Position numbers and translations under genes: made by a program | The notes under the pieces: generated by a model | What the model saw: only the letters and a program-made list of their open reading frames with translations | What the model was told of the DNA's origin: nothing | Databases searched by the model: none | Shown here: positions 53,912-62,967 of the stretch, one piece after another | Layout: each line of letters opens with the position of its first letter | Position numbering within the stretch: the first letter of the stretch is position 1 | Origin: Dehalococcoidia bacterium | GTDB taxonomy: Bacteria > Chloroflexota > Dehalococcoidia > Lucifugimonadales > UBA3495 | Reading direction: 5' to 3' | Length of the DNA: 64,000 bases | NCBI GenBank assembly: GCA_965221385.1 | Contig: OZ244885.1 | Location: forward strand, 2,177,334-2,241,333

Positions 53912-55315
53912 CTAACCCAGCTTTCGGCGATCCTCCAGGCGGCGGGCCTTGGGCAGCACGCCCGCGCCGGTCAGGGGCGCCAGGCTGTCCGGTTCCACCA
54001 TTTCCACCCGTATTCCCACGTTCAGCCGGTCGCGGAAGGTACGCTCCAAGTCCTGCCGGATGTGGTCCAAATCGGTGGCTTCCGGAGTGTGTTCCACCTG
54101 CACGGTCATCTCTTCCCGGTTGCCCAGCCGCTCCACGACGCAGTAGTACTCACCGGTCAGGCCGCTCTTGGTGGCCACGATGGCGCCGCATCCCTCTGGC
54201 CAGACGTTTACCCCCCTCAGCTTGACCATGAAATCGGACCGGCCATGGATGGGGTCAATCTTCTGCATCCAGCTGCCGCACTTGCATTGACCCTGGGGCC
54301 ACAGACGGGTGACGTCCTTTATGTCGTAGCGGACTATGGGGTAGTTCTCCTTGTAGAGGGCCGTAACGATCATCGTGCCAACTTCACCCGGCGCCACCGG
54401 CTCGTAGGTGTCCGGGTCCGCGATTTCCACGATGAAGGCATCTTCCCAGATGTGGTGGCCGCCACCGTAGGGGCACTCGGAGGAGATGGCCTGCACCTCG
54501 TGCATGCCGTAGGTGTCGTAGGCGGGAACGCCCCAGGCCTCTCGAACCAAATCCGACTTGCCGAAGCATTCCACCAGCTTCAGCTTCAGGTCCTTGCCCA
54601 CCTCCAGGCCCATGTCCTTGGCCACCTGGGACATGTGCAGCAGGTACTCGGGGAAGCCCACCAGCGCGTTTACCTGCCACTTCTGGGCAATTTCCAGGGC
54701 GCGGGTGGTGCGGGTAACCACTCCGGCGCTGGTGGTGACCGGAATGCAGCCCAGCCACTGCCACAGGGACTCATGGGCGGAATAGGCGGCATTGTGGGTG
54801 GAATAGAGCAGGGTGTTCATCACCACGTCGCCGGGCTTGAAACCATGCCAGTAGTAGGAGCGGGACCGCAGGATGTTGCCCACTTCCCGGTCCCAGGGGG
54901 TGTAGAAGGTGGGACGGGGTTCCCCCGCCGTGCCGCCACTGGAATGAATGCGCCAGGGGATTTCCCCGGCCAGCACGTCGCGGCCCACGTAGTCGCCAAA
55001 GGGAGGGTGGGCGTCAACGCTCTGGCGGATGTCCTCCACCGTGTACATGGGGGCGCGCTTCAGGTCCTCGATGGTCTTGATGTCGTTGGGTTCGATACCG
55101 GCTTCATCCCACATGCGGCGATAGAAGGGAACCTGGTAGGCCCGATGCACGGCCTCCCGCATCCGCCGGGTCTGGAGTTCGCGGATTTCCTCCACGCCCA
55201 GCATGAAGACGCCCCGGAAGAAATCGGGGGCTGGCGGGTATTCACGCACCAATTGTTCGAAGTCAATGGCCTTATAGTAAAAGGGAACATCGTGCAACTC
55301 TGCGTTCTTCAGCAC
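53912..55315 (-). CDS. phenylacetate--CoA ligase family (PaaK / coenzyme F390 synthetase-like adenylating enzyme)
   Basis: 467 aa. ..SSGGTAGEPR.. AMP-binding P-loop-like motif. GTG start after AGGAGG. Confidence 0.75.
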   Translation of the reverse strand: MLKNAELHDVPFYYKAIDFEQLVREYPPAPDFFRGVFMLGVEEIRELQTRRMREAVHRAYQVPFYRRMWDEAGIEPNDIKTIEDLKRAPMYTVEDIRQSVDAHPPFGDYVGRDVLAGEIPWRIHSSGGTAGEPRPTFYTPWDREVGNILRSRSYYWHGFKPGDVVMNTLLYSTHNAAYSAHESLWQWLGCIPVTTSAGVVTRTTRALEIAQKWQVNALVGFPEYLLHMSQVAKDMGLEVGKDLKLKLVECFGKSDLVREAWGVPAYDTYGMHEVQAISSECPYGGGHHIWEDAFIVEIADPDTYEPVAPGEVGTMIVTALYKENYPIVRYDIKDVTRLWPQGQCKCGSWMQKIDPIHGRSDFMVKLRGVNVWPEGCGAIVATKSGLTGEYYCVVERLGNREEMTVQVEHTPEATDLDHIRQDLERTFRDRLNVGIRVEMVEPDSLAPLTGAGVLPKARRLEDRRKLG

Positions 55316-55484
55316 GGAAATCCTCCTTGTTGGTTGAGGGGTAGTGTTACGGGGACGCGGCCGAATTCTGCAAAGACCGCGCGCCTGGTCAATTCCCCCG
55401 ACCCATCTTCATGCTTCCAGGGATTCGACGGCATCGGCAACTATCTTGCCTATCAAGCGTCGGTCTTCCCTGTCGCTCTAAACC

Positions 55485-56390
55485 CTACAGCTTCAGCGCC
55501 TTTATGGCGTTGGTGCGGACGAACTTCTCGTACACTTGCGGCGTGATGGTTCGATGGGCGCCGCCCCAGTCGAACCCGTTGTCCACTATCTTTTGGTAAT
55601 CCTCCAGCCAGACCTTGGGGTTTATGGCCGGGTAGTCGCTGCCGAAGACCAGCTTGTCCTGCAGCACCGTGGTCATATGCTGGAACACGAGAGGCTGGGT
55701 GGCGATGATATATCGGGGCAGCCAACCCGACAGGTCCATGTACACGTTCTCGTGTCGCCAACAGACGGCCAGACCCTCCTCGGTCCAGGGCCAGCCGAAG
55801 TGGGTCATGATGATGCGCAGGTCGGGGAAGGCGACGGCCACGTCATCCAGCATTACCGGGCGACAACCGTTGATGGTGCAGCGGGTCATGCGGGTCGTGC
55901 CGGTGTGCACCAGGATGGCAATATCCAGCTCCACGCACTTGGCATAGATGTCCCACATCAGGGCTTTGTCATTGGGGCAGAACTCCTGGTAGGCGGGATG
56001 GAACTTCAAGCCCTTGCAACCCAGCTCCTTGGCGGCCCGCTCGATCTCCCGCAGTGCGAGGGGCCCCATGTGCGGGTCCACGCCGGCGAAGGGGATGAAA
56101 AGGTCCGGGTACTTTTCCGCGTACAGGGCCAGGTAGTCGTTTGGCAGCGCCCGCCCCCACTGATTGTAGGAAACCATGTTGACGATTACCGCCTTGTCCA
56201 CGCCGGCCTGCTGGAAGGTTTCGTAGGTCTCGTCAATGGTGATGAACTGCTTGCCGTGGTGGGGAGCGTCGGGACTGCGCCCGAAGAAGTCGTAGTGGGC
56301 TTCGGTATAGGACGGGCCATGACCCAGGCAGGTTTCCTGGGTAAAGGGATGGATGTGAATGTCGATGGGCTTGATGTCCGGGGTGGTCAT
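55485..56390 (-). CDS. amidohydrolase-2 family metal-dependent hydrolase
   Basis: ..IDIHIHPF.. HxH motif in a TIM-barrel-hydrolase-like sequence. AGGAGG RBS. Confidence 0.7.
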   Translation of the reverse strand: MTTPDIKPIDIHIHPFTQETCLGHGPSYTEAHYDFFGRSPDAPHHGKQFITIDETYETFQQAGVDKAVIVNMVSYNQWGRALPNDYLALYAEKYPDLFIPFAGVDPHMGPLALREIERAAKELGCKGLKFHPAYQEFCPNDKALMWDIYAKCVELDIAILVHTGTTRMTRCTINGCRPVMLDDVAVAFPDLRIIMTHFGWPWTEEGLAVCWRHENVYMDLSGWLPRYIIATQPLVFQHMTTVLQDKLVFGSDYPAINPKVWLEDYQKIVDNGFDWGGAHRTITPQVYEKFVRTNAIKALKL

Positions 56391-56618
56391 TGATACCTCC
56401 TGAAAGGAAGGGGGAAATTTCCGCCTATCTTATACTGTCGCTCCAATGGGGGCAAGGCAACCTGAGGCGCCGATCTGTGCGCGGTCAGCTATACATTACC
56501 TTCCCCCGGCGGGTACAATAGCGCCGTACAACGGAAAGGTAGTGCCTAACTGATCCGGTAAGTCGCCCCTTGACCACCGGATGGTTATTCACCTTCGCCC
56601 AAAGGGAGGAGGCCAGAA

Positions 56619-57383
56619 ATGACGGCCAAACCCATACCTAATACAGAAGAAGCGCAGTACCAGGGCTACGTGCTGCCCTGGCCGCCCGAGCGCAAACCCG
56701 AGGATATGACCAGTTCCAAACACCTAGCGAAGAGTGGCAGCGTACATCACCTGATAGCCCACCTGGGAAACCCGGAAAGAACGATAGTGGAATCGGAGAG
56801 ATTTCTGGTGCCACGTCCAGGCGTTCCATTAGTTGGGCGCCGGATACCGGATCTAATGGTATCGTTCAACGCCGACCCGGAGATGTACGAGAGGGACAAC
56901 GGGTACATAATCACGAATCAGGGAAAGCCGCCGGACTTCGTGCTGGAGATAGCCTCCCCGTCGACGGGATCGGTGGACCTGGTGGAGAAGCGGGAATACT
57001 ACGCGGCCATGGGAGTGGTTGAGTATTGGCGATTTGACGAAACTGGTCAGCATCATGGGGAATACCTGGCTGGGGATGGGCTGGTGGATGGCCGATACGA
57101 GGCCATAGCGGTGGAAACGCTGGGGGATGGTTCCCGTCAGGGATACAGCCGGGCGTTGAATCTGCATCTGCGGTGGGAGAACGGCCAACTGGGGTGGTAC
57201 GATCCACAGACGGGCAACCACATAGCCACCTTTGAGTCAGAGCGGCAGGCCCGAATGGAAGAACGCCGGGCTCGGCTGGAGGAGCGGCAGGCCCGGCTGG
57301 AATCGGAACGAGCCCGTCAAATGGCCGAGAGTCGCATTCGGGAGTTGGAAGCCGAGTTGGAGCGGTTGCGTCGGGGAGGGTAA
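56619..57383 (+). CDS. Uma2-family (PD-(D/E)xK) endonuclease with C-terminal coiled-coil
   Basis: ..PDLMV.. and ..PPDFVLEIASPST..EYW.. motifs. The tail is ERQARMEERRARLEERQARLESERARQ. Confidence 0.75.
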   Translation: MTAKPIPNTEEAQYQGYVLPWPPERKPEDMTSSKHLAKSGSVHHLIAHLGNPERTIVESERFLVPRPGVPLVGRRIPDLMVSFNADPEMYERDNGYIITNQGKPPDFVLEIASPSTGSVDLVEKREYYAAMGVVEYWRFDETGQHHGEYLAGDGLVDGRYEAIAVETLGDGSRQGYSRALNLHLRWENGQLGWYDPQTGNHIATFESERQARMEERRARLEERQARLESERARQMAESRIRELEAELERLRRGG

Positions 57384-57459
57384 CTGCGGCAGTAATAACC
57401 GCCGACCCATCGGAATTTACTGCGATTGGGCTGCACGTCGATCCTCTGAGGAGCGCCAA

Positions 57460-58572
57460 ATGCACACGCCGGCAATGCCATTGGCCAGGGAATTGGACCG
57501 GGTTCCCTCCAGCCAAGTGCCTCTCGATGCCAGCCAGGAAATCCGATTCCGCACGCTGGTGGAAGATTCGACAATGATCGACGTCCACCAGCACCCCATG
57601 ATTTTGCCGGAAGACGTGAGCCGCCTCACCGAGTACCTGCGTGGGAACATCTACGGCTGGGGCTACGAGGCGGTACGGCAAGGTGGCTGGTCGGCAGTCA
57701 CCACGGCCAACATGTTCCGGTGTCTGGTTAACAACCCCGATATGTCATTCGCCGAGTTCGACGACATCCTGACCGAGGTGGGGTTGATGCTGTCGGACAT
57801 GGAGCGGCGGGAGGATGTGGTGAAGGTGACCAGCGCCGCCGGAATCGAGGCGGCCCGGCAGCATGGCAAGATAGGCTTCATGCCCACCCTGGAACATCTG
57901 GCCATTGGCAGCGACATCAATAGACTGGACATTCTCCATGGCGCCGGTGTTCGCCTGGCCGGGCTAACCTACAACCGTAGGAACTACATCGGCGACGGCC
58001 AACAGGAACGCAACCCCGGCGGCCTCAGCGAGTTCGGAGTGGAAGTTGTGCGGCGCATGAACCAACTGGGCATGGCCATTGACGTGTCCCACGCTTCCAT
58101 TCCCACGGCCATGGACGCCATCCAGTTTTCCGAGGCGCCCATAACCTTCAGTCACAACGCTTCCTACACCCTTCGCCCCACCACTCGCACCCGGCGGGAT
58201 GAGGAACTGGCCGCGTGTGCGCATAAGGGCGGCCTCATCGCCATCACTGCGGTGCCCAATTCCCTCAGCGACGACCCCAAGCAGGACATCGAGTGCGTCC
58301 TGGACCATTACGATTACATGGTTAACCTGGTGGGAGCGGACCACGTGGCCATCGGCACCGACACCAACGTGGGCGACCACGTGGCCTTTCACCATTACGT
58401 CCTGAACCGCTCCTACGAAGAACTGCCCGCTCCATACTTGGACGGCCTGGAATCGCCAGCCGACGGGGAGAACATTATCCGGGGCCTGGTCAGCCGGGGC
58501 CACTCGGACGATGCCATACGCAAGATTGTAGGGGGCAACGCCCTGGCCTTCTTCAGGCGGGTGATGGGGTAG
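57460..58572 (+). CDS. membrane dipeptidase (peptidase M19) family
   Basis: Start moved to ATG 57460 (GAGGAG RBS). ..IDVHQHP.., ..GLTYNRRN.. and ..DVSHAS.. motifs. Confidence 0.75.
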   Translation: MHTPAMPLARELDRVPSSQVPLDASQEIRFRTLVEDSTMIDVHQHPMILPEDVSRLTEYLRGNIYGWGYEAVRQGGWSAVTTANMFRCLVNNPDMSFAEFDDILTEVGLMLSDMERREDVVKVTSAAGIEAARQHGKIGFMPTLEHLAIGSDINRLDILHGAGVRLAGLTYNRRNYIGDGQQERNPGGLSEFGVEVVRRMNQLGMAIDVSHASIPTAMDAIQFSEAPITFSHNASYTLRPTTRTRRDEELAACAHKGGLIAITAVPNSLSDDPKQDIECVLDHYDYMVNLVGADHVAIGTDTNVGDHVAFHHYVLNRSYEELPAPYLDGLESPADGENIIRGLVSRGHSDDAIRKIVGGNALAFFRRVMG

Positions 58573-58686
58573 CGCGCGCCGCGCCGGGTTCTCCCCCTCG
58601 GGTGTATAATGGCCCCGCGCCCAGCGCAATACACCTAACCAATCACCAATCCAAACCGCCAAATTCACTGCCGGAGGTATGTTCCA

Positions 58687-59379
58687 GTGAAGCTATTGGT
58701 AATCAGCGGGGGACGCCACCCCTACGAGGAATCCACTCCCATTCTCGACCAGTTCCTCACAGCCGCGGGTCACGAAGTTACCGTCACCGAGGATGCTTCC
58801 GTGCTGGCCGATTCCGCTCGGATGGGCAGCTACGATGCCCTGGTGTTCAATACCCGCCGGGAGAACATCGAAGGCTTCGGCGATTGGGCCCTACAGCCCG
58901 CCGAGTGCGAGGGCATGGCCAACTACATCAAGTCAGGGAAGGGCTTCGTCTGCATCCACATTTCCACCTGCCTCTCTGCCACCTGGCCCGAGTACCACCA
59001 GATTACCGGCGGCGGGTGGATTTCCGGCACCAGCTACCATCCGCCCTACGGGGAATTCACCGTCAACGTTAGCCAGGGCAGCCACCCGGGTGTCCAGGGC
59101 GTGTCCGACTTCTCCACCAACGATGAGCTGTACATGGGCCTGGCCTATGGCGAGGGCAACGACATCTTTCTGACCGGAGATTCGGAGGACGGCACCTGGC
59201 CCTGGGGGCCTGACCGGAATCCCATGTTCATGGCCGGTGGCACCTACCCCCTGGCCTGGACCCGATCCTACGGCGATGGAAAGGTCTTCGTCCTGCTCCT
59301 TGGACACGACGGCCGCAGTTTTGAGACGCCAGAGTTCCAGAAGATAGTGCTCAACGGTGTGAATTGGGCCACCGCCTGA
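58687..59379 (+). CDS. ThuA (trehalose-utilisation) domain protein
   Basis: MKLLVISGGRHPYE.. class-I glutamine-amidotransferase-like fold pattern. GTG start after GGAGGT. Confidence 0.6.
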   Translation: MKLLVISGGRHPYEESTPILDQFLTAAGHEVTVTEDASVLADSARMGSYDALVFNTRRENIEGFGDWALQPAECEGMANYIKSGKGFVCIHISTCLSATWPEYHQITGGGWISGTSYHPPYGEFTVNVSQGSHPGVQGVSDFSTNDELYMGLAYGEGNDIFLTGDSEDGTWPWGPDRNPMFMAGGTYPLAWTRSYGDGKVFVLLLGHDGRSFETPEFQKIVLNGVNWATA

Positions 59380-59482
59380 CCCTTGCCATTTCCCTAAAGC
59401 AGACTGGGCCGGGACATGCGTCCCGGCCCTTCAATTACCCCAATCGGCGCAGTTCAACTGCCCTTCTTATCCCCCGGGATGT

Positions 59483-60331
59483 TCAATACCCCCGGAAACT
59501 CTCGGTGAATAGCAGAGCCTTTTCCAGTGGCCCGTCGATCTCAAGCTTCACCGGAACCGAGCCGGAGCTGATGTCCAGCCGGCCGAATATCAGCAGCACG
59601 TAGGCGCTGGCGTTGGACCGGAAGGTAACGTCGGGAGCAACCTCACCGGCCGGTTCGATTCGGTACGAATTCCCTTCCAGAACCACGTCCTCGCTCATGC
59701 TGAACTCATCGCTCACCGCAAACCGGAAGCGGGCATTGGCCCCGCCCTCCAGGGGTACGAAGCAGGCATTCAGCCATCGGTGGGCGACGTTGATAATCAA
59801 CTCGGCGGCGCCACTGGTCATTTCCGCCGCCGGATCGAAGGCGGAGCGCATGTCCCAGCCGTGGATGGCGATTTCCTGGATCCGGCGCGTCACGTTTTCA
59901 TGGACGGGGATTACGCCACGACGGTGGAAGGAGGGTTTCTCCCAATCTTCCGGTGTGAGTCGGCCGGTGGCGGCCATAAGGTCTTCCAGCCCCTCCCGAA
60001 AGGCTGCCAGCAATTCCGGGCCTCCCTGACCACCCCGGAAAGAAATGGCCCTGTCCGCCGTTGATTCCGAAGCCCGCTCCCCGGGATCCAGGAACCGGGC
60101 CCCCTCAGGCGGGTCGCTGATTCCCTGCTGGGCTCGGGCCAGGGCGGTACCCGTTCCGCTTCCGCCCTGGGCCAGATGAGCCACCACGTCACCCACCTTC
60201 CAGGCGGTGCAGGCGCTGTCCCGCTCCCACGCTTCCGCTGACAGGCCGGACAGGAACTCAATCAACCGGTCCGCCTCTGCCTTAAGGGTTGCAATAACCT
60301 TTTCCATATCTGGGGCTTTGCTGGAAACCAT
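59483..60331 (-). CDS. maleylpyruvate isomerase-family (MDMPI/DinB-like N-domain) protein
   Basis: ..W.VGDVVAHLAQG.. is the N-terminal metal-binding pattern of MDMPI_N. AGGAGG RBS. Confidence 0.65.
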   Translation of the reverse strand: MVSSKAPDMEKVIATLKAEADRLIEFLSGLSAEAWERDSACTAWKVGDVVAHLAQGGSGTGTALARAQQGISDPPEGARFLDPGERASESTADRAISFRGGQGGPELLAAFREGLEDLMAATGRLTPEDWEKPSFHRRGVIPVHENVTRRIQEIAIHGWDMRSAFDPAAEMTSGAAELIINVAHRWLNACFVPLEGGANARFRFAVSDEFSMSEDVVLEGNSYRIEPAGEVAPDVTFRSNASAYVLLIFGRLDISSGSVPVKLEIDGPLEKALLFTESFRGY

Positions 60332-60396
60332 GGTTCCTCCTTGTTTTCTCCGTAGGTGCGCAAAGAGTACGACATCTTGCGCGAAGGCTGCCGCCC

Positions 60397-61365
60397 TCAG
60401 TTTCTCGTTGCGGCGCGGTACAGGCTACCGTCCACCGTGGTAACGTACAGGTCCCTGCCGTCGTTGCCACCAAAAGCGCAGTTGGTTGGCGTCTCCGGCA
60501 AGTGGTGGGAGGACAGTATCCTCCCTTCCGGAGTCATGACCCAGGCCATTGGCCCCGGGCCGGCGTTCTCCCCACCGCCCACTGCCACCAGGTTGCCCTC
60601 CTCGTCCAGGCAGATGCCATAGATGCCCCGGTGCACGCCATCCCGACCCCGTCCGCCGTCCTCGCCCAGGGTGTGCAACAGTCGGTAGGGTCCCACCGCG
60701 CCTGACTCCAGAATGGGGTAGGCGCGCAACTCTCGGGTACCGCCGGGTTCCTCGCTGGTTTCGGCCACGTACAGAGTGGTCTCATCGGGGGACAGGGCAA
60801 GGGCCATGGGCGCGTCGGTGTCGTGGGTAATTCGGGTAATGGGCGCATCCAGGGTGGGAGCCTCCAGCCGCAGCACGGAAGCATGGTCCAGCTTGTCGTG
60901 AATCTGGGGATTCATCGCCTGCCGCAGGTCACCGTGAGGGTCGCAGAACCAGATGCGATCCCGGCTGTCCACCACCAGATCTCTCGGCTGGTTGTGGTAG
61001 ATGCCGCCCAGCTTGTGGGCCAGGGGCGACGTGGTACCATTGGCATTGAACCGCACCAGCCGTCGTCCCGCGCTCTGGGCCCCGTAAAGTTCGCCGGAGC
61101 GAGATAAGGCCAGGCCGCAGGTTCGGTTGGTCCAACGGCGAAAATCGTTCGTCTCTCCGGTAGCGGGATTGAAGCGCAGGATTCGGTTGTTTGCGGCGTT
61201 AAAGGGAAAGGTCAGTTGAGTAAAGAGCAACGCCTGGCCATCCCATACCGGGCCATCGGTGGGGCTGCCATAGGGTCCCGCGACGCGTTGAAAATCCCAG
61301 GGCAAGACATCATCCCTTGTCAGCTTGATTGGTGGGATTTTAGGAGGGGGCAGGTGTAGTGTCAA
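60397..61365 (-). CDS. SMP-30/gluconolactonase/LRE-like beta-propeller protein (start uncertain)
   Basis: ..NCAFGGNDGRDLYVTT.. and ..LYVAETS.. motifs. TTG 61365 lacks a clear RBS. Confidence 0.7.
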   Translation of the reverse strand: MTLHLPPPKIPPIKLTRDDVLPWDFQRVAGPYGSPTDGPVWDGQALLFTQLTFPFNAANNRILRFNPATGETNDFRRWTNRTCGLALSRSGELYGAQSAGRRLVRFNANGTTSPLAHKLGGIYHNQPRDLVVDSRDRIWFCDPHGDLRQAMNPQIHDKLDHASVLRLEAPTLDAPITRITHDTDAPMALALSPDETTLYVAETSEEPGGTRELRAYPILESGAVGPYRLLHTLGEDGGRGRDGVHRGIYGICLDEEGNLVAVGGGENAGPGPMAWVMTPEGRILSSHHLPETPTNCAFGGNDGRDLYVTTVDGSLYRAATRN

Positions 61366-61541
61366 GGCAAAGCAAAGAAGGCTGTCGGGCCCCTAACTTG
61401 TGAGGGAGCCGGCGGGGATAATAGGCGCTGGTTTGCCAGGGGGTATTGGGTTGGACTTTCGGTTGCCAATTCCACCCGCCAATGCTAATCTGCCCCAAGA
61501 ATCAGGATGTAAGATTCCGAGATACGAGGTAGGTGAAAGGT

Positions 61542-62501
61542 ATGGCAGAGCAACGAATTGGCGTCGCGGCCATGGGCGGCGACGTCCGCGCCGTGGTGGC
61601 CCGTATCCAGGATTTGGAGGAGCGGGGGATACAGGCGGCGTGGTTGACCTCCGGCGGCGCCGGTCCCGATGCCTTGACCACTTTCGCCGCTGCCGCGGCC
61701 ACCACCGACCGCATCCTGCTGGGAACCAGCATCATTCCCACCTACCCCCGACATCCTATAGTGTCGGTGGCCCAGACCCAAGTGGTGGCCCAGCTGGCCC
61801 CCGGTCGCTTCCGGTTGGGACTGGGGCCGAGCCACAAAGTTAGCATCGAGCCCATGTTCGGCATCGAGCATCACGCTCCCTTGACCAACCTGCGGGAGTA
61901 CATCCAGGTGGTGAAGGCCCTGTTGTGGGAGGGCCAGGTGGACTACGACGGAACTCAATACCAGGGCCACGCCTCCCTGCCCGGCCCCACATCTCCCGAT
62001 GTGCCGGTGATGGCATCGGCCCTGCGCCGCCGGTCTTTCCGGCTGTGCGGCGAGGTGGCCGACGGGGCCATCAGCTGGGTCTGCCCCGGCCAATACCTCA
62101 GGGACGTGGCCCTGCCGGAGATGCAGCGGGGGGCCGCAAGGGCCGGCCGGGAAACGCCGCCCCTGATTGCCCACGCCCCGGTCTGCGTCCATGACAAGCC
62201 CGAAGAGGTTCGGGAAGCTGCCCGCGCCCAGTTGGCCAACTACCCGCGCTCTCCCTTCTACCAGGAGATGTTCGCCGCCTCAGGGCATCCGGAAGCCAGG
62301 GATGGCAACTGGAGCGACGGTATGATCGAGGATGTGGTTCTGATGGGGGACGAGGAGACGGTGGCTGGACGCCTGCGGGAACTGTTCAGTTGGGGAGCCA
62401 CGGAAATTCTGGCCCACCCGTTGACGGCCGGGAGCGACGCCCAGGCGTCCACGGAACGGAACCTGAACCTGATAGCCACCGTAAGCCAGGGGTTGGGGTA
62501 G
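61542..62501 (+). CDS. luciferase-like monooxygenase (LLM) class flavin/F420-dependent oxidoreductase
   Basis: ..FRLGLGPSH.. LLM pattern and TIM-barrel length. GTG 61533 is an alternative start. Confidence 0.7.
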   Translation: MAEQRIGVAAMGGDVRAVVARIQDLEERGIQAAWLTSGGAGPDALTTFAAAAATTDRILLGTSIIPTYPRHPIVSVAQTQVVAQLAPGRFRLGLGPSHKVSIEPMFGIEHHAPLTNLREYIQVVKALLWEGQVDYDGTQYQGHASLPGPTSPDVPVMASALRRRSFRLCGEVADGAISWVCPGQYLRDVALPEMQRGAARAGRETPPLIAHAPVCVHDKPEEVREAARAQLANYPRSPFYQEMFAASGHPEARDGNWSDGMIEDVVLMGDEETVAGRLRELFSWGATEILAHPLTAGSDAQASTERNLNLIATVSQGLG

Positions 62502-62592
62502 AACGTCTGCGGAGGAACTCTGCCTGCACGGGCGGGGTATCCTAGCTAAGCAGCCTGTTAGCGCGGGCGAGTTTCCGGTTTTCAAAGGACCA

Positions 62593-62695
62593 GTTGTTCC
62601 GAGCGGAGTCGAGGACTCCCTACCGCAGGGGTTAAGGTGTTTCCTAAGGGAGTATTCCTGACCCCCTGCCGCCGCGATTCCTCGGCAGTCGGCGG
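62593..62695. repeat. Family-A degenerate forward plus reverse cores
   Basis: GTTGTTCCGAGCGGAGTCGAGGACTCCCTAC at 62593-62623. CGATTCCTCGGCAGTCGGCGG at 62675-62695. Confidence 0.5.
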
Positions 62696-62967
62696 TCTAG
62701 ACAGAGTTTGCCAGGCCCCCTACAAAGGAGAAGTGGTATCAAGACCCCAGGCCGCGGCCTGGGGTGTGATATACTGGTTTGTAGACAGATATGAGCAGCG
62801 GAAAGCTTTCGCCTGGTCATTAGAGTAGCGAATGAGGCATCCCCTGAGCTGTCGATCGCCTTACTAGGCCTTCTGACCAGATACCGCAACGAGAACCCGG
62901 AGATTGAGTGTCGGCTGGCTGCTGGCCAATCGGATTCCTCCAGGGCCTGCATACCATAACATCACAC

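Noticed and set aside
57232-57459. N-terminal 76 codons of track ORF 57232-58572
   Set aside because: It overlaps the 3' end of the Uma2 gene in another frame and is Trp/Gly/Arg-rich. ATG 57460 has a GAGGAG RBS and begins the M19 dipeptidase domain.
62744-62765. Perfect palindrome ACCCCAGGCCGCGGCCTGGGGT as a terminator of the LLM gene
   Set aside because: It lies about 240 nt past the stop and has no U-tract on either side. I kept it only as a noted hairpin, not as a called terminator.
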